From Felis catus (lineage: Eukaryota): a stretch of DNA of 64,000 bases. Within the stretch, counting starts at the first letter, position 1; every line of letters starts with the position of its first letter. The translations under genes and the position numbers were made by a program. This document shows positions 11,591-23,969 of this stretch, one piece after another. The DNA is taken from NCBI RefSeq assembly GCF_018350175.1, contig NC_058383.1:2046001-2110000 (forward strand), read 5' to 3'. Below the pieces are notes generated by a model, which ran no database searches, was not told the origin of the DNA, and worked only from the letters and a program-made list of their open reading frames with translations.

Positions 11591-14500
11591 CGACCGCTGG
11601 GAGGTGGGGGGGGGCTTGGAGGCGGACCACTCCAGTGATCCCCTGCTCGGAAACAGCAGTTGTGCCTCTCCAGCGAAAGGAAGCCACGCACTGGCCGCTA
11701 ACAGAGGGACTTGTATCTAAAGCTCAGGCTCCTGGCCGCCGGGACATCGCTGGCAGGCGGTTGGCTCCAGCCGAGGTTCCGTCTGGCGCGGAGCACAACA
11801 AGCCACAGTGTGTCCGCGATTTATTAAATTATTTACTTTCTACTTGGACTCGGGAGAGACTCAGGAGGCCCGGCATGAATGGGGGTGTGCGCTGCACACG
11901 CATCTTTAAGGGTAGTGCCCCCTGAAGTGTGGGTCCGGGCTGAGGGCCGCCTGGGAAGCGGCTCCGCGGGTCCTCGCCTGCCCCCACCCGCGGCCGCCCT
12001 GCCGCCCTTCTCCGTGAACATCTGGCGTGGGGAGTGTGAGTCAGGGCTGGTGTCTGGTGAAAAAGGAGGGGGGACGCGGGGATGTTAGGGCATTTTGTAA
12101 AAATCGAGGTACAATTGCACGTTGTGGAAGATCGGGGTGACGGAGAGTTGGTTTGATACACTTAGGTGCACCTGCCCCCTGCAGTAGTGATAGCCAGGCC
12201 TAGGACCCGACCCCGGAACGTGCCTCTGCTGTGAATCCGGAGAGCGTCTGCATGGAATTGCAAAGGTGTGTCGTTTCTGGCAAAGTAGCTGGTCTGACTT
12301 TGGGTTGGTATTTCCAGGCCCATGGCACTGATCGCGGTCCCGATCCCGTTACCCGCCCTGGGCCCGCCTCATCATTTCAGCAGACTTGCAGCCCCTGATC
12401 ATTTGCAAGATGCCACGTTGGGCTGGCTGCTGGCAGTTATGGTGACACTGATTATCGTACAGCGTGGCCTCACAGTAGAGAATCTAGGCAATTATTCTCA
12501 GAGCGTGAAGAAAGGGGGTCGGTGAGGTTTATTTTCTGGCGTTGGAGTCTTCCATGGTGGAGACGACATAACGGCTTCGGGGGCCTTGAAGGACGAGTGA
12601 AGGTTGGAGAGAACATTCCAGGTGGAGGCAGGAGGGTGTGTGGAGACAGGGAAGTGAATGGGGTGCTTGGGGGGCAGGAAGTCCCTGCATTCATTGTGAG
12701 AGGGGGATTGAGGAATGGGGTGGAAGCTAGGGCTGAAAAGAGGTTTCTTACCGAGGAGGCTTGAATGCCGTTCTAGAGTTTGGGCTGTTACCCTGACCTT
12801 CGGTGAGGGGGGCGGGGCAGTCGGGGTTTTGGGTGATAGATCCGTGTTTCAGAAAGGCAGCACCAGCGATACCGTGGAAGGCAGTCTCGGGGTGCGGGGA
12901 GGGGGGAGACTGGCTGGGTACAGGTGTAGGGGGAATGACTTGAGGACAGAGGTCGCCAGAGTGGGGGGTGGTCACGAGACTGACACGGGAGAGCCCACCG
13001 TGTGTGTGATGGCCTGCGCGGGGTGTGGGGAAGGGGAAAGGAAAAATGCCCCAGCAGCCAAGAGTTCTCACGTGGATGCTTGAAGGACAGAGCTGGAGCG
13101 GGTGTGGAGGGGGCGTCAGGGCACGTGTGACCTTTAGGCTCGCAGGATTCGTGGTGTTTGTGGGCCCTCCTGATGAGACATGCTGTTGGAGAGAGAGTGG
13201 GGAGCACTCGCCAGGAAGGGAGAGGTGGTGCAAAAAAGGCGTGTCACCACGGCTGATGGGTGATTCTGTTCTAGAAAGATCTGGAGGCTCAAGTGCCACT
13301 TGTGGAGGAGAATCTGCCGAAAGATACTGCTGAAGCAGATGCTGCTGGTTTATCGTTTTAAGAAACCACAGCTTACCTCTTATTTTCGATTCTTTAATTG
13401 TCTCTTTCTCATCAGAAACCAGCAGTTGGTTTCACACCTGCTCGGCGTGTCTGTGGCTGCAGCCGGGGCGGCCGCTTCTCCAGCCCCTTGCCGGTAGATG
13501 TGCCCAGCGCCGGCTGACACAGCAACTCGGTGCTTCCCGCCGCTAACCGGGGTGGCGGTTTCTGTAACTGTTTAGAGAACTTTGTGGATATTTCAGAGAG
13601 GAACGGGAAATGCCCAGCAGAGTTGGGGGGCGGGGGGCGGGGGTGTGCCCTGCTATACACAGCACAAGAGGATGCAGCGAAGGGGGTCGGTGGCTCCCAG
13701 AATACTGCCGGCTGGCACTGCTGCCTTCGGGCAGGACGGTGGAAGGGTCTCTGGGGAGTGTGAGTAGCTCCAGAGAAAGGACCTAACAGTAGTGACGTCA
13801 GAGGTTCTTCCCTAATGAAGTTCATAATTGATCACGTCCCCCACCATGGTTCAAAGCTTCCAAGGTCTCTTGGTGCCCTACCTCTGGCATAGGAACACGC
13901 TTGCAGGCCACGGAGAGTGTGCGGGAAGGGGACCGGGAAAGCCGCCTGTCACCGACGTGCACATGCAGATAAGAGACAGGAACAGGCTGCCCCATAAAAA
14001 CAGGCGGGGGAAGCGCTCTGAGAACCAAGATGCGAAGTCTTGGATATAGAAGACAATGCGAGAAATGAAAGCTCGGTGAGTGTGTGCAAGATGAAGTTGA
14101 GGAACTGAGGCAGGTGAACAGAAAGGCAGAGGTGGGAAGCGGGAGCAAGGAAGAAGGTAAGGGATCCGATCAGGAGGCTGACAGCTGAATGATCCCCGTC
14201 AGTGAGAAAGAACAGAAAATAGGACGGGGCCGTCCACAGCACGATGCAGGAGAATGTCCTAGAACCAAAACTTTGTGTGGAAGGGGCATCCAGGTGGCCA
14301 GCCCTAGGGGTGGGCGGTGTGGGGGGGGGAGGCAGGTATCCTTCACTCTCTTGTCTCTTCCTTCCCTTCCCTTCCCGGGGTGGGTCCTTGCATCACAGGG
14401 ATCGGGTTTGCATAGTGAGGGTTGCCGCGTTTCCACAGTAACGAGTGAGAGTTTGGGAAACAAGGAAGGGATTTATTTGGAAACGCCTCCGAGGCTGTGG

Positions 14501-16474
14501 GTTTCAGAATTTGGGTAGTGAGAGCGTGGGTGGAGAGAGAGATGTGCACACCCACCCCGAGGCCCGCTGTTGTGAAATTTCAGGGCTCTGGGGCAGAGGA
14601 GTGTGCTGGCTTCTAGAAAAAAGAGTAAACACAGGCCACCAAGAGGGCATCACAAACGGAGCAGGGTGCTTGGGGGACCCGTCCGCAGCAACCCCAGAAG
14701 GTGGAAAGCAGGTGAGCATGGCTTTCGGAATTGCAAAGGAAAACATTTTCCACCTGGAACTCTGTACTCAGGCAAAGGAGAGCGGAATAAAGATGTTTTC
14801 AGACACGCCCCCGAAGTTGGCGTCCGTACTTTAAGGGAGTGACGGACAGGCATGCTCTCCCATGATGAGGTGGTGAGTCTAGACAGAGCCTGAGGAGAGG
14901 GTCTTTCCCGGAGGAGGTAGAGAGGCGGCAGGTGTGCAGAGCAGGCCCGACCCCATCAGACGGCTCCCGGGAGAGAGTTTGGGGGGGGGGGGGAGCAGGT
15001 GAAATCCACAGGGCGCCTGATCCTCTACAACATCTGGAGAGGGGATGAACACAGCTGGCAGGGCTGGGGCTGGATGAGTACAAGCAAATGAGAGCACAAG
15101 ACTCTTACGAGTTCCAGGGAAAATAAACCATTGTGCAGGGAAAGAAGAATAATTACGGTGAACTGCAAGGCTCAGCTGTGAATAGCCTTTGCTCAAGGAT
15201 GATAATTTGTGTAAACGTGGAATATTGCTCTAATTGAAATGCCGATGTGCCCGTCTGGGGAACGTGTGGGGATGAGCAGGGCCTGGCGGGGGAGGGGGGG
15301 GGGCAGAGGTGGTGGGGGGAGGCTGGGGAAACTACCCTCCCACCTGCCCGAGTAGGAAGCCAGTAGGTAAAGCTGATCCCCTTACGGCCCAGGAGGCTGT
15401 TATCTGGAGGCGGAGCTAACACCAAAGATTCAGCTAAAAAGAATGAGGGAGCATGGTGGGGGTGGGTCACGCGGAAGGGCCAGGGGGCTGCCCTCTTCTG
15501 TAATCAGCTCCCTAGGACGGTTTCATCATTTAACATAAACGAGTGCAAGTAACATCGATAAACATAGAGACGGTTGCACTAAGCTTCCGGCTCTAATGGA
15601 AGAAGGGGCCCTGGTCCTGCCTGTGTTTTGTGCCCTTTTCCTGATTTGGGAGGAGTTTACTTGTTCTGATTTCCTTGTCATCATTGTCATTGTTCTCTGC
15701 ATCCTGTCTCCTGGCTGTGGTCACATAGCAGTGTTGGCGCTTTTTTTTTAGCTATTTTGTTTTTCTTTTTAACTTTTTATAAGGGGTTTTAAAGCATATT
15801 CAAAAGCAGAAGGAGCACCGTTATTTCGTTACCTGTCAGCCAGTTTCAGGAATTATAAAATCAGGGTCATTGTGTTCATCTGTTGTCTTCATTAGCGTGA
15901 TGACTCTATTGAGTACCTACTGTATACGTGCCTCCTCGAGTTTACATTGTAGTGTAGACAGATGATGCAATGCACACATAAAGCGGAGAACGTGCGATAT
16001 TGGAGGGGATGACACGAGCCACAGAGAGGAGGCAGGTCTGGAGGGTGGGAGTGACCCGGGAGGCCTCCCTGGTGAGGTGAGCTTTGAGCAGGAACCTGAA
16101 GCACGTGCGGGGTGGAGCCCCTGGGTGCATCTAGGCAGGGCCGTGAGGGGGGTGATGGAAGGGCTGAGGGTGTGGGATCCCATCAGGTAGGGCCTGTAAG
16201 GACTGCAGTGGGAAGCCATCGGACTCCAGTGACCGGAGGGGTTTGAGCAGAGATGTGGTGTGGTCTGACTTGGGACAGGATGAGCCTGACTGCCACCTTG
16301 GAAGTGGTTGTGTGGCTCAAGAGCGGAGAGCAGGTTGGATGGAGACGGTTGGAGTGCTGCGGGTGAGAGCTGATGCTGGCTGCGCCGGGGTGGGGGGCGG
16401 GGACGGGCGGTGGACAGCCTGGAAGAGGTTAGAGTCTGGATGGGTTTCGGACGTAAAGCTCCAGGCAGGTTCTT

Positions 16475-16701
16475 TTTTTTTTTTTTTTTTTTTTTTCAAC
16501 GTTTTTTATTTATTTTTGGGACAGAGAGAGACAGAGCATGAATGGGGGAGGGGCAGAGAGAGAGGGAGACACAGAATCAGAAGCAGGCTCCAGGCCCCGA
16601 GCCATCAGCCCAGAGCCTGATGCGGGGCTTGAACTCACGGACCGTGAGATCGTGACCTGGCTGAAGTCGGACGCTTAACCGACTGCGCCACCCAGGCCCC
16701 C
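16475..16701 (-). mobile_element. Young felid CAN-SINE
   Basis: Long poly-T plus SINEC body. TSD ctccaggcaggttctt at 16459-16474 and 16702-16717. Confidence 0.95.
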
Positions 16702-17211
16702 CTCCAGGCAGGTTCTTAAACTGATTGTGGTGGAACTTACCATCAGTATTTTCCCTTGAAATAGTTTATTCGAATGAACTCTGAGAAATGAGAGCGATCA
16801 TTTGGATTCCAGAGTCAGGTGCCATGCAGCAAAATTTGGGGTCTTGTGAGGAATACAGCAGGTACAAGAGATGACTCCTGTCCTCTCAGAACTTGAAATC
16901 TAGCGTGGGAGTGTAGTACGCGTGCCCTGATACCCCGTCTTCTTGGAGGTAGTTACCGGTGGGGCTCAGAGACCAGGGGCCGGGAGACCAGTGTGCACCC
17001 ATGGCCCTCTGTGTCCTGGGCTCAGGTCCGGGGTGGGGCGGGGGGGGGGCAGCTCAGGCTCGATTTTCATCCAGGTCTTCTGGGACGCACACCAGCCTTC
17101 CAGTCCATCACTGTGACCGTTTCTTCCTAATTTTATCTGAGCCGCTGTCAGAAGTAGTTCTCAGGGTGAACTGAACACCAGCGAAGTGATTCTATAAGCA
17201 AATAACCCCTA

Positions 17212-17402
17212 GGGGTGCCTGGGTGGCGTGGTCAGTTGGGTGACTTGATTTCGGCTCAGGTCATGACCTCGCGGTTTGTGGGATCGAGGCCTGTGTCAGC
17301 ACCGCACTGACATTGTGCAGCCTGCTTGGGATTCTCTCTCTTTGCCCCTCCCCCACTCTGGCTCGCTCTCTCAAAATAAGTAAATAAACTAATAATAATA
17401 AT
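17212..17402 (+). mobile_element. CAN-SINE (older)
   Basis: ggggtgcctgggtgg head and A-rich tail. Confidence 0.85.
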
Positions 17403-17667
17403 CCCTGATGCTGGTGGCATCGGATGCACATCTGTTTTGCACCGGGGGCTTTAATCCAGCACGAGCATCACTTCCAATGCTAGATGATGCAGCTCAGAGA
17501 ATAAATGTGGAGACTGCTCACGGAAGCTTTCCATATTTCTATAGGCTACAGCGATGGGTACCGTAGTGATTTCTTTGCTTTTTATGTAGTATTTGTAAAG
17601 CTGGAAAAGGAGTGGGTAGTTTCTGGTATTTTTGCCAGTAGCATAATAAGTAAAACTGAACACATTC

Positions 17668-17856
17668 TTTTTTTTTGATGTTTGTTTATTTTTGAGAGCG
17701 AGGGAGGGAGGGGCAGAGAGGGAGGAGGATAGAGGATCTAAGGCAGGCTCTCCGCTGACAGGAGAGGGCCCAGCGTGGGGCTCGAACTCATGAACTGTGA
17801 GATCATGACCTGAACTGGAGTCAGACGCTTAACTGCCTGAGCCAGCCAGGTGCCCC
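17668..17856 (-). mobile_element. CAN-SINE
   Basis: Reverse-complement SINEC ending ccaggtgcccc. Confidence 0.85.
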
Positions 17857-17869
17857 CATTCTTGGACTT

Positions 17870-18100
17870 ATTATTTTTTTTTTTTAATTTTTTTTTTCAA
17901 CGTTTATTTATTTTTGGGACAGAGAGAGACAGAGCATGAACGGGGGAGGGGCAGAGAGAGAGGGAGACACAGAATCGGAAACAGGCTCCAGGCTCCGAGC
18001 CATCAGCCCAGAGCCTGACGCGGGGCTGGAACCCACGGACCGCGAGATCGTGACCTGGCTGAAGTCGGACGCTTAACCGACTGCGCCACCCAGGCGCCCC
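17870..18100 (-). mobile_element. Young felid CAN-SINE
   Basis: Near-consensus body with TSD cttggactt at 17861-17869 and 18101-18109. Confidence 0.95.
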
Positions 18101-18284
18101 CTTGGACTTCTTAATGAAGGTCATGTCGTTTGATTTGATGCTCAGAAGTTGGTTATTGGTACAAGAAGAAATAAAGGTAATAGAAATTTGAGTGTCCGCT
18201 AAAAACCAACCAATTCTGCGTTAAATGTGCACTATGGAAACTGGCAGGGTGTGGTGGTTGGGAAGGTAGGCTCTGTTTTGTTTA

Positions 18285-18694
18285 AAAAAATTTTTTTTTA
18301 ATGTTTATTTCTGAGACAGAGACAGAGCATGAGTTGGGGAGGGGCAGAGAGAGGGAGACACAGAACCCGAAGCAGGCTCCAGACTCTGAGCTGTCAGCAC
18401 AGAGCCTGACGCAGGGCTTGAACTCACAAACCGTGAGACCATGACCTGAACCAAAGTCAGTCGCTCAACCGACTGAGCCACCCAGGCGCCCCTGTTTTGT
18501 TTTATTTTGAAGTTTATTTTTGTGAGAGAGTGTGCACACAAGTGAAGGAGGGGCAGAGAGAGAGAAGGAGAGAGAATCCCAAGCACTGTCAGCACAGAGC
18601 CCAGTGTGGGGCGCAAACCCATGAACTGTGAGATCGTGACCTGAGCCAAAATCAAGAGTCAGATGCTTAACCAACTGAGCCACCCTGGCACCCC
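18285..18694 (-). mobile_element. Two adjacent CAN-SINEs (~18285-18491, ~18505-18694)
   Basis: Two reverse SINEC bodies, each ending in a gccacccaggcgcccc-like sequence. Confidence 0.85.
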
Positions 18695-19441
18695 AGGAAG
18701 GTAGGCTCTTAACTCAGTTGCCTGGGTTCAAATGTCAGCTCTGAACAGGTGCCAGCTTTGTAAACTTGGGCAAGTTGCCTCAATGTTCTGTCCTAGTTTA
18801 ACCACAATCAGTGTGAGGATTAAATAAGTTAATGTATCTAAGCATTTACAATAGCACTTTTGAAAACATATTAGCTCTTGTAATTATTATAAAGTCAGTT
18901 GAAAGCATAGATATTCCTTTGCTGATAACCAATTATGGGTAGAAAGTATGAGTAATAAAAAATAAATAACATGGTATATTTATGGAATACAAATATTTGA
19001 GGGCCCGATAAAGATGGAAAAATAAATAAGTGCAGTGGTATGGGCTGAAGGGGGTGGTTTAATATTTTATAATATATTTAGCTCATGTTTTCATTTCCAT
19101 AGTCTTGGTCACTCTGGTGAGCAAAATGGCCTTGGGGGGGTCTGGTTTTATAGGCAAGAAATTGAAGCTCCGACTTGAGGTGATGTCCCAGGGCCACTCA
19201 GCAGAGACTGGCCTTGGCCTCCAGATTCCTCCCCATTTCCTCCTGATCTATAAATGTCTATAGGACCTTGGGGCCGGTGTTTTCATCCTGTGTTCCTGTC
19301 CTGTGAACTAAGAGCTAGTTCATGGTCTTCACGTTAGAAAGTTTGAGCTTCTGGAGGTTGACTTAACAAGACTGCTAACGTTCTTTTTCTTGAAATCAGG
19401 TGTATTGACGTATAATTTCCATGCAGTAAAATGCACAACTC

Positions 19442-19645
19442 TTTTTTTTTTACATTTATTTATTTTTGAGGGACAGAGCGTGAGCAGGGGAGGGGCAGAG
19501 AGAGAGGGAGACACAGAATCCAAAGCAGGCTCCAGGCTCTGAGCTGTCAGCACAGAGCCCGATGTGGGGCTCAAGCCCACGAACCGTGAGATCATGACCT
19601 GAGCCGAAGTCGGATGCTTAACCGACTGAGCCACCCAGGTGCCCC
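19442..19645 (-). mobile_element. CAN-SINE inserted in an L1 remnant
   Basis: SINEC body flanked by duplicated aaaatgcaca. Confidence 0.88.
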
Positions 19646-19649
19646 AAAA

Positions 19650-21100
19650 TGCACACCTCGTAAGTGCACAGTTCAACAAATGCGGACAGATATGTCCACC
19701 TGTGGAGCTACCGCTATGGTCAACACAATAGAACATTTCCATCCCCTGACGTTTCCTCCTGTTCCTTTGTACTCTGGGATTTCTGTCACTGTTTTCACCT
19801 TTCGGCAACTTCCTGTAAGTGGAATCATGTGGTATGTACTTGTGTCTGGGCTCTGCTGTTCAGCTTAATATCTGTGAGATTGACCCATGTTGTTGCGGGT
19901 ACTGGTTCATGAGCCGGTGGTACGTTCTCTTCTGTGGCTGGGTGGTTTTCCACTGAATGAGTACACCACGATTTGTTTATTCTTTCACTCGGTGGTGGAC
20001 CTCTGGGTTGTTTTCAGTTTGTAGCTGTTTTGAATAAAGCAGCAGTGAATATTCTTGGACACATCTTTGTGTGGACAATTATTTCATTCAGGGATCAGGT
20101 CTTTGGTGCTGTATCTGAAAGGCATCACCACACCCAAGGTCATGTAGGTCCTCTCCTGTGACCTTCTCGGAGTTTTATAGCTTCGCGTTGTACATCTAGG
20201 TCTGTGATCCACGTGGAGTTAATTTTTGTGAAGGCAGTAAGGTCTGTGTCAGGATTCTTTCACGTACTCCTCTTTCCATGTGGGTGTCCACTTGTCCCAG
20301 TGCCGTTTGTTGAAGAGGCGGACTGTCTCTGTTCCATTGTGTTGCCTTTGCTACAGAGCGGTTGACTGTATTTTTGGGAGTCAATTTCTGGGCTGTCTGT
20401 GCTTTTCCATTGATCTTTACTCTGCTGTATTGCCAATACCACATCCTCTTGATTAGTGTGGCTTTATGGTAAGTCTTGAGGTCCCGTATTCAGTCCTCCA
20501 ACTTTGTTCTTCTTCAATATCGTGTTGTCTTTTCTGGGTCTTTTGCCTCTGTAGAAATTTTGGAAACAGCTTGTTGATAATAACAAAGTAACTTCCTGGG
20601 ATTCTGACTGGGATTGCATTGAATCTGTAGGTTAAGTTGGAAAGAACTGATATCTTGACAAACATTTACTCTTTCTGTCCACACACATGGAATATCTCTC
20701 CGTATGTTGAGTTCTTTGATTTCATTCATCAGGGTTTTGTAGTTTTCCTCATACAGATCTTGAACCTATTTTGTTAAGATTTATACCTAGATATTTTGGG
20801 GAGTTCTAATGTAGATAGAATTGTAGTTTTGGGTTTTTTTTTTAAAGTTTATTTATTGATATTGAGACAGAGAATCACAAGAGAGAGAATCTGCACTGCC
20901 TGTACAGAGCCCGATGCGGGCCTCGAACTCTTGTACTGTGAGATTGTGACCTGACCCCAAGTCAAGAGCTGGATGCTTAACTGACTGAGCCACCCAGGCA
21001 CCCCTGGAATTGTGTTTTTAGTTTCAAATTCCACTTGTTCATTGCTGATATATGGGAAAGTAGTTGACTTCTGTATATTAACTTTGTATGCAACCTCGCT
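19650..21100 (-). mobile_element. Old LINE-1 fragments (ORF2 3' part/3'UTR) with a CAN-SINE at ~20840-21005
   Basis: Minus-strand frames give L1 ORF2-like peptides (NLTYRFNAIPVRIP, WYWQ, INEIKELN). Confidence 0.85.
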
Positions 21101-21359
21101 GTAATCACTTGAGCCCTTAAAATTTTATTTGAAAAATCGTTGATCAGCTAAGATTTATATATCATATTTTTGATGGTCAGTTTGATTGGTCTTTAAATAG
21201 AGTCCCTAAGCATTATTATAGCATATCTACTTTTATTGATGTTGTAGAACCTTCTAGGAACTGAAAAATCTGTTTGATTTTTTTTTAATACCAACTTTTC
21301 TAACTTTTAAAAAGTCTTAGCATAAAAAAGGAATCTAGTCTGTATACCAAAAAAAGTTG

Positions 21360-21740
21360 ATAACCAGCTTTATTCATAGCAGTCAAAAACAAGGAACTAA
21401 CCCACAAGTCCGTTAGATAAATGGTCACGGGTGAACAGTGGTATATCCACACAGTGGAACACTACTCAGCCAGGCAAAGAGAACTTCGTGCTGACACAGG
21501 CCACAACCTGGACACATCTCGAAGTGTCTTGCTAGGTGCAGAGCCTGTGTCCTCTGTGGTCTCATGTAGGTGACGGTCTGGGAAAGGTGAACCATAGGAC
21601 AGAACACAGATTAGCGGCTGTCTGGAGGTGGGCACCGGAGAAGGAGGGAACTTTTGAGAGTGGAGGAAATTCTCTGCGTCTTAGTTGTGGTGTATCTTTG
21701 CTGAAACTCCTCACACTCTGCAGATAATTGCTGATGTAAG
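21360..21740 (+). mobile_element. Old L1 3' end remnant
   Basis: gtggtatatccacacagtggaacactactcagc-type L1M 3' sequence. Confidence 0.6.
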
Positions 21741-21999
21741 TCAGACCTCAGCAAACCTGAGTAGAAAGAGAAGAAAAAGGAGAGGCGCCAAACAGATTGA
21801 ATCAGGAAAGACAGGTCTCTTAAACGGTGCCGGAGCAACTGGGTATCCAGACGGGGGAAGTCCGTCTGCCCTCCCCCTGGAATACTCTATTGACTGGTGG
21901 CTGAAACTCCGCGGTCAGTAGGCATCCCTTTCCACTGTGGCAAATACTTAGTATCTGTTTCTTTCACTTCTCGGTGATGTGATTGCTTCTTTTTGTAAT

Positions 22000-22012
22000 G
22001 TGTGGTGTACAC

Positions 22013-22066
<54 letters not shown>

Positions 22067-22500
22067 CCCTCCGGACTCTGCTCTCTGGAGAGCCCCAGCA
22101 CGTTTCCTTGGTTTGTCGCTTGCACTGGGGTGTGTGTGTGTGAAAGAGATGTATTTTTAGGAATTGGCTCACGTGATTCTGGAGGCTGAGAAGCTCAGGT
22201 CCAGCCATCCTGATGGTGTGTTCCCGTCTGAGTCTGAAGGCCTGACCCCCAAGAGACAGCTGTCCCGGCTCAGGGACGGGCAGAGGGGAAATTCTCTCTT
22301 CCTTCACCACCTTGTTCTGTGCAGGCCTTCGGCACATTGGACGAGGCCCACCCCCCACTTTCCTTGCTCTGTCTGTTGAGTCAAACAAGTGTCAGTCTCC
22401 TCTGCAGACACCCTCACAGACACACCCGAGTGCTGCGTGACCAACCGTCCGGGCCGCCCGTAGCTCAACTAGGGTGACACAGAATTAACCAGCACACAGC
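22000..22500. mobile_element. MLT2-like LTR pieces with (CA)n at 22009-22065
   Basis: ggaattggctcacgtgattctggaggctgagaag...caccctcacagacacaccc. Confidence 0.65.
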
Positions 22501-23969
22501 TGGCGACCTTTTCATACTGTGGTCATCGGTTCTGCTCTGGAAGTGTGGGCAGTGCCCCTACAAGGGTCCTCATGTGGGTCTGGCCGTGTGGCCCGCACTT
22601 GTAGGGAAGGCGGGAGGGAGCCCGGCCTTCCTCGAGTTTTGCCCGCCGTGGGTGTGAAGGCTCCTGGGGACCAGCAGCCTCTGGTGGGCGGCTGGTGTGG
22701 GGCGCGAGCTCTCCGGGCTTACGCTGCCGCACCCTGCGTGTGAAAAGGAACGTCCAGCAACCCCACCCCGAGCTGAGAAACCACTCTGCACAGCCACCCT
22801 CCGTGTTTTTGGTCTAAACCTAACCTAAAACTGAATTGTCTTATCGGTGGCGTCCACAGGACACTTGACAAAGCCCTTGCAGAGACCTGGGCCCCGAAGG
22901 CGAAGTTTTGGGACAAGACTTTGCTGGCCGTTCTCTCGCTGGAGGCAGGAGCCAGGATGATTGTCAGTCATTTCCTCAGCGACGCCTCTTGGCTTCTTAC
23001 AGCTTCTTCCAAAGCTGTAACCCTTTTTGTTGACTGCTTTTTTGAAATAATTGGAGATTCACGTTTGGAAGTAATGCCCTCGTTTTTTGAACGAATTATC
23101 ACGTTTGAGGTCAGTGTTGTTGCAGGACTCGCTGTTGCGTCGTGAAGGCAGCGAAGTGTCACCCAGAAATTCGGATGCTCCCATCCCTTTTAACAGTAAG
23201 ACTCGTGGGTGATGCTGTCTGGTAGTCGTCTTATCTTGGGCCTTCTCTTTCTCGTCGCGCCTCTGAGAAGCTGTGAACTGGCGATCGTGCGTGCCTGGCA
23301 GGAGCCACAGCGCGTTCCTTTCGTGGGACTGCTCCCACGGGCCCTTTGATAGGCTCCGCCCGCCTGCTCTCCACAACCGCCCTTTATGTGGCTTGTTTGA
23401 GGTTAGAAATGACCACACAAAGGACTGCCCTTGCTCCTTGATGTTAAAAATGGACCGTGGCCTCAGCCTCATCGGTAAACGCTGCCTCGGCCTGGCGTTG
23501 ACGTGCTTGTCACCTCAACTTGGAAAAGCCTGGATGGGGCTGTGGCCCAGGCAGGTCTGGTTCCGTGGCAGGGCTCCAGGGCGAGGTGATGCTCCCAGGA
23601 CGCAGGCACACAGGGTTTGGCGACCCAAAGGGAGGACCTGTCTTGTTGTCATTCGTCCACCCTCTCATTGTACATGTTTCAAACTTGAACATTTGTCTCG
23701 TGAACTAATTGCGGTAAGGTCGGCCCGTTGAACTTTTGTGCAGACTTGTGAGATGAAGGTGTGGCTCCAGCGGCCAGCTCTAAGTTTATGGCCTTTGTTG
23801 CAGTTCTCGCCCACATTTAAGGCCTTGCTTTTTTTTTAAATTTTATTTATTTTTACTCACATATTTGTTTTTTACACATTGCCCTGCATTTTGCTTTATT
23901 TATTCAATGGCACCTCCTATAAATTCTTCCAAGTCTGCTGTTCGAGCTCTGATTCATTCTTTTCTTTGC

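Larger units (their letters stand above)
10340..12010. promoter_or_regulatory. CHST12: CpG island, probable CHST12 promoter
   Basis: Very GC- and CpG-dense. Contains GC boxes (GGGCGGGG ~10733), reverse CCAAT (ATTGG ~10640), the TCTCGCGAGA palindrome at 10816-10825 and an ETS-like CGGAAG at ~10833. Confidence 0.85.

Noticed and set aside
10278..11925. Several 200-300-aa ORFs over the CpG island
   Set aside because: They are Pro/Arg/Gly/Ala-rich products of very high GC content and the minisatellite.
12080..12380. Faint resemblance of minus-strand frames to the Tantalus/PRR14 C-terminal motif
   Set aside because: Only scattered residues match a motif recalled from memory, which is too weak to name the putative pseudogene.
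20196..20729. L1 ORF2-like short ORFs as active genes
   Set aside because: They are fragmented, frameshifted old LINE-1 remnants.
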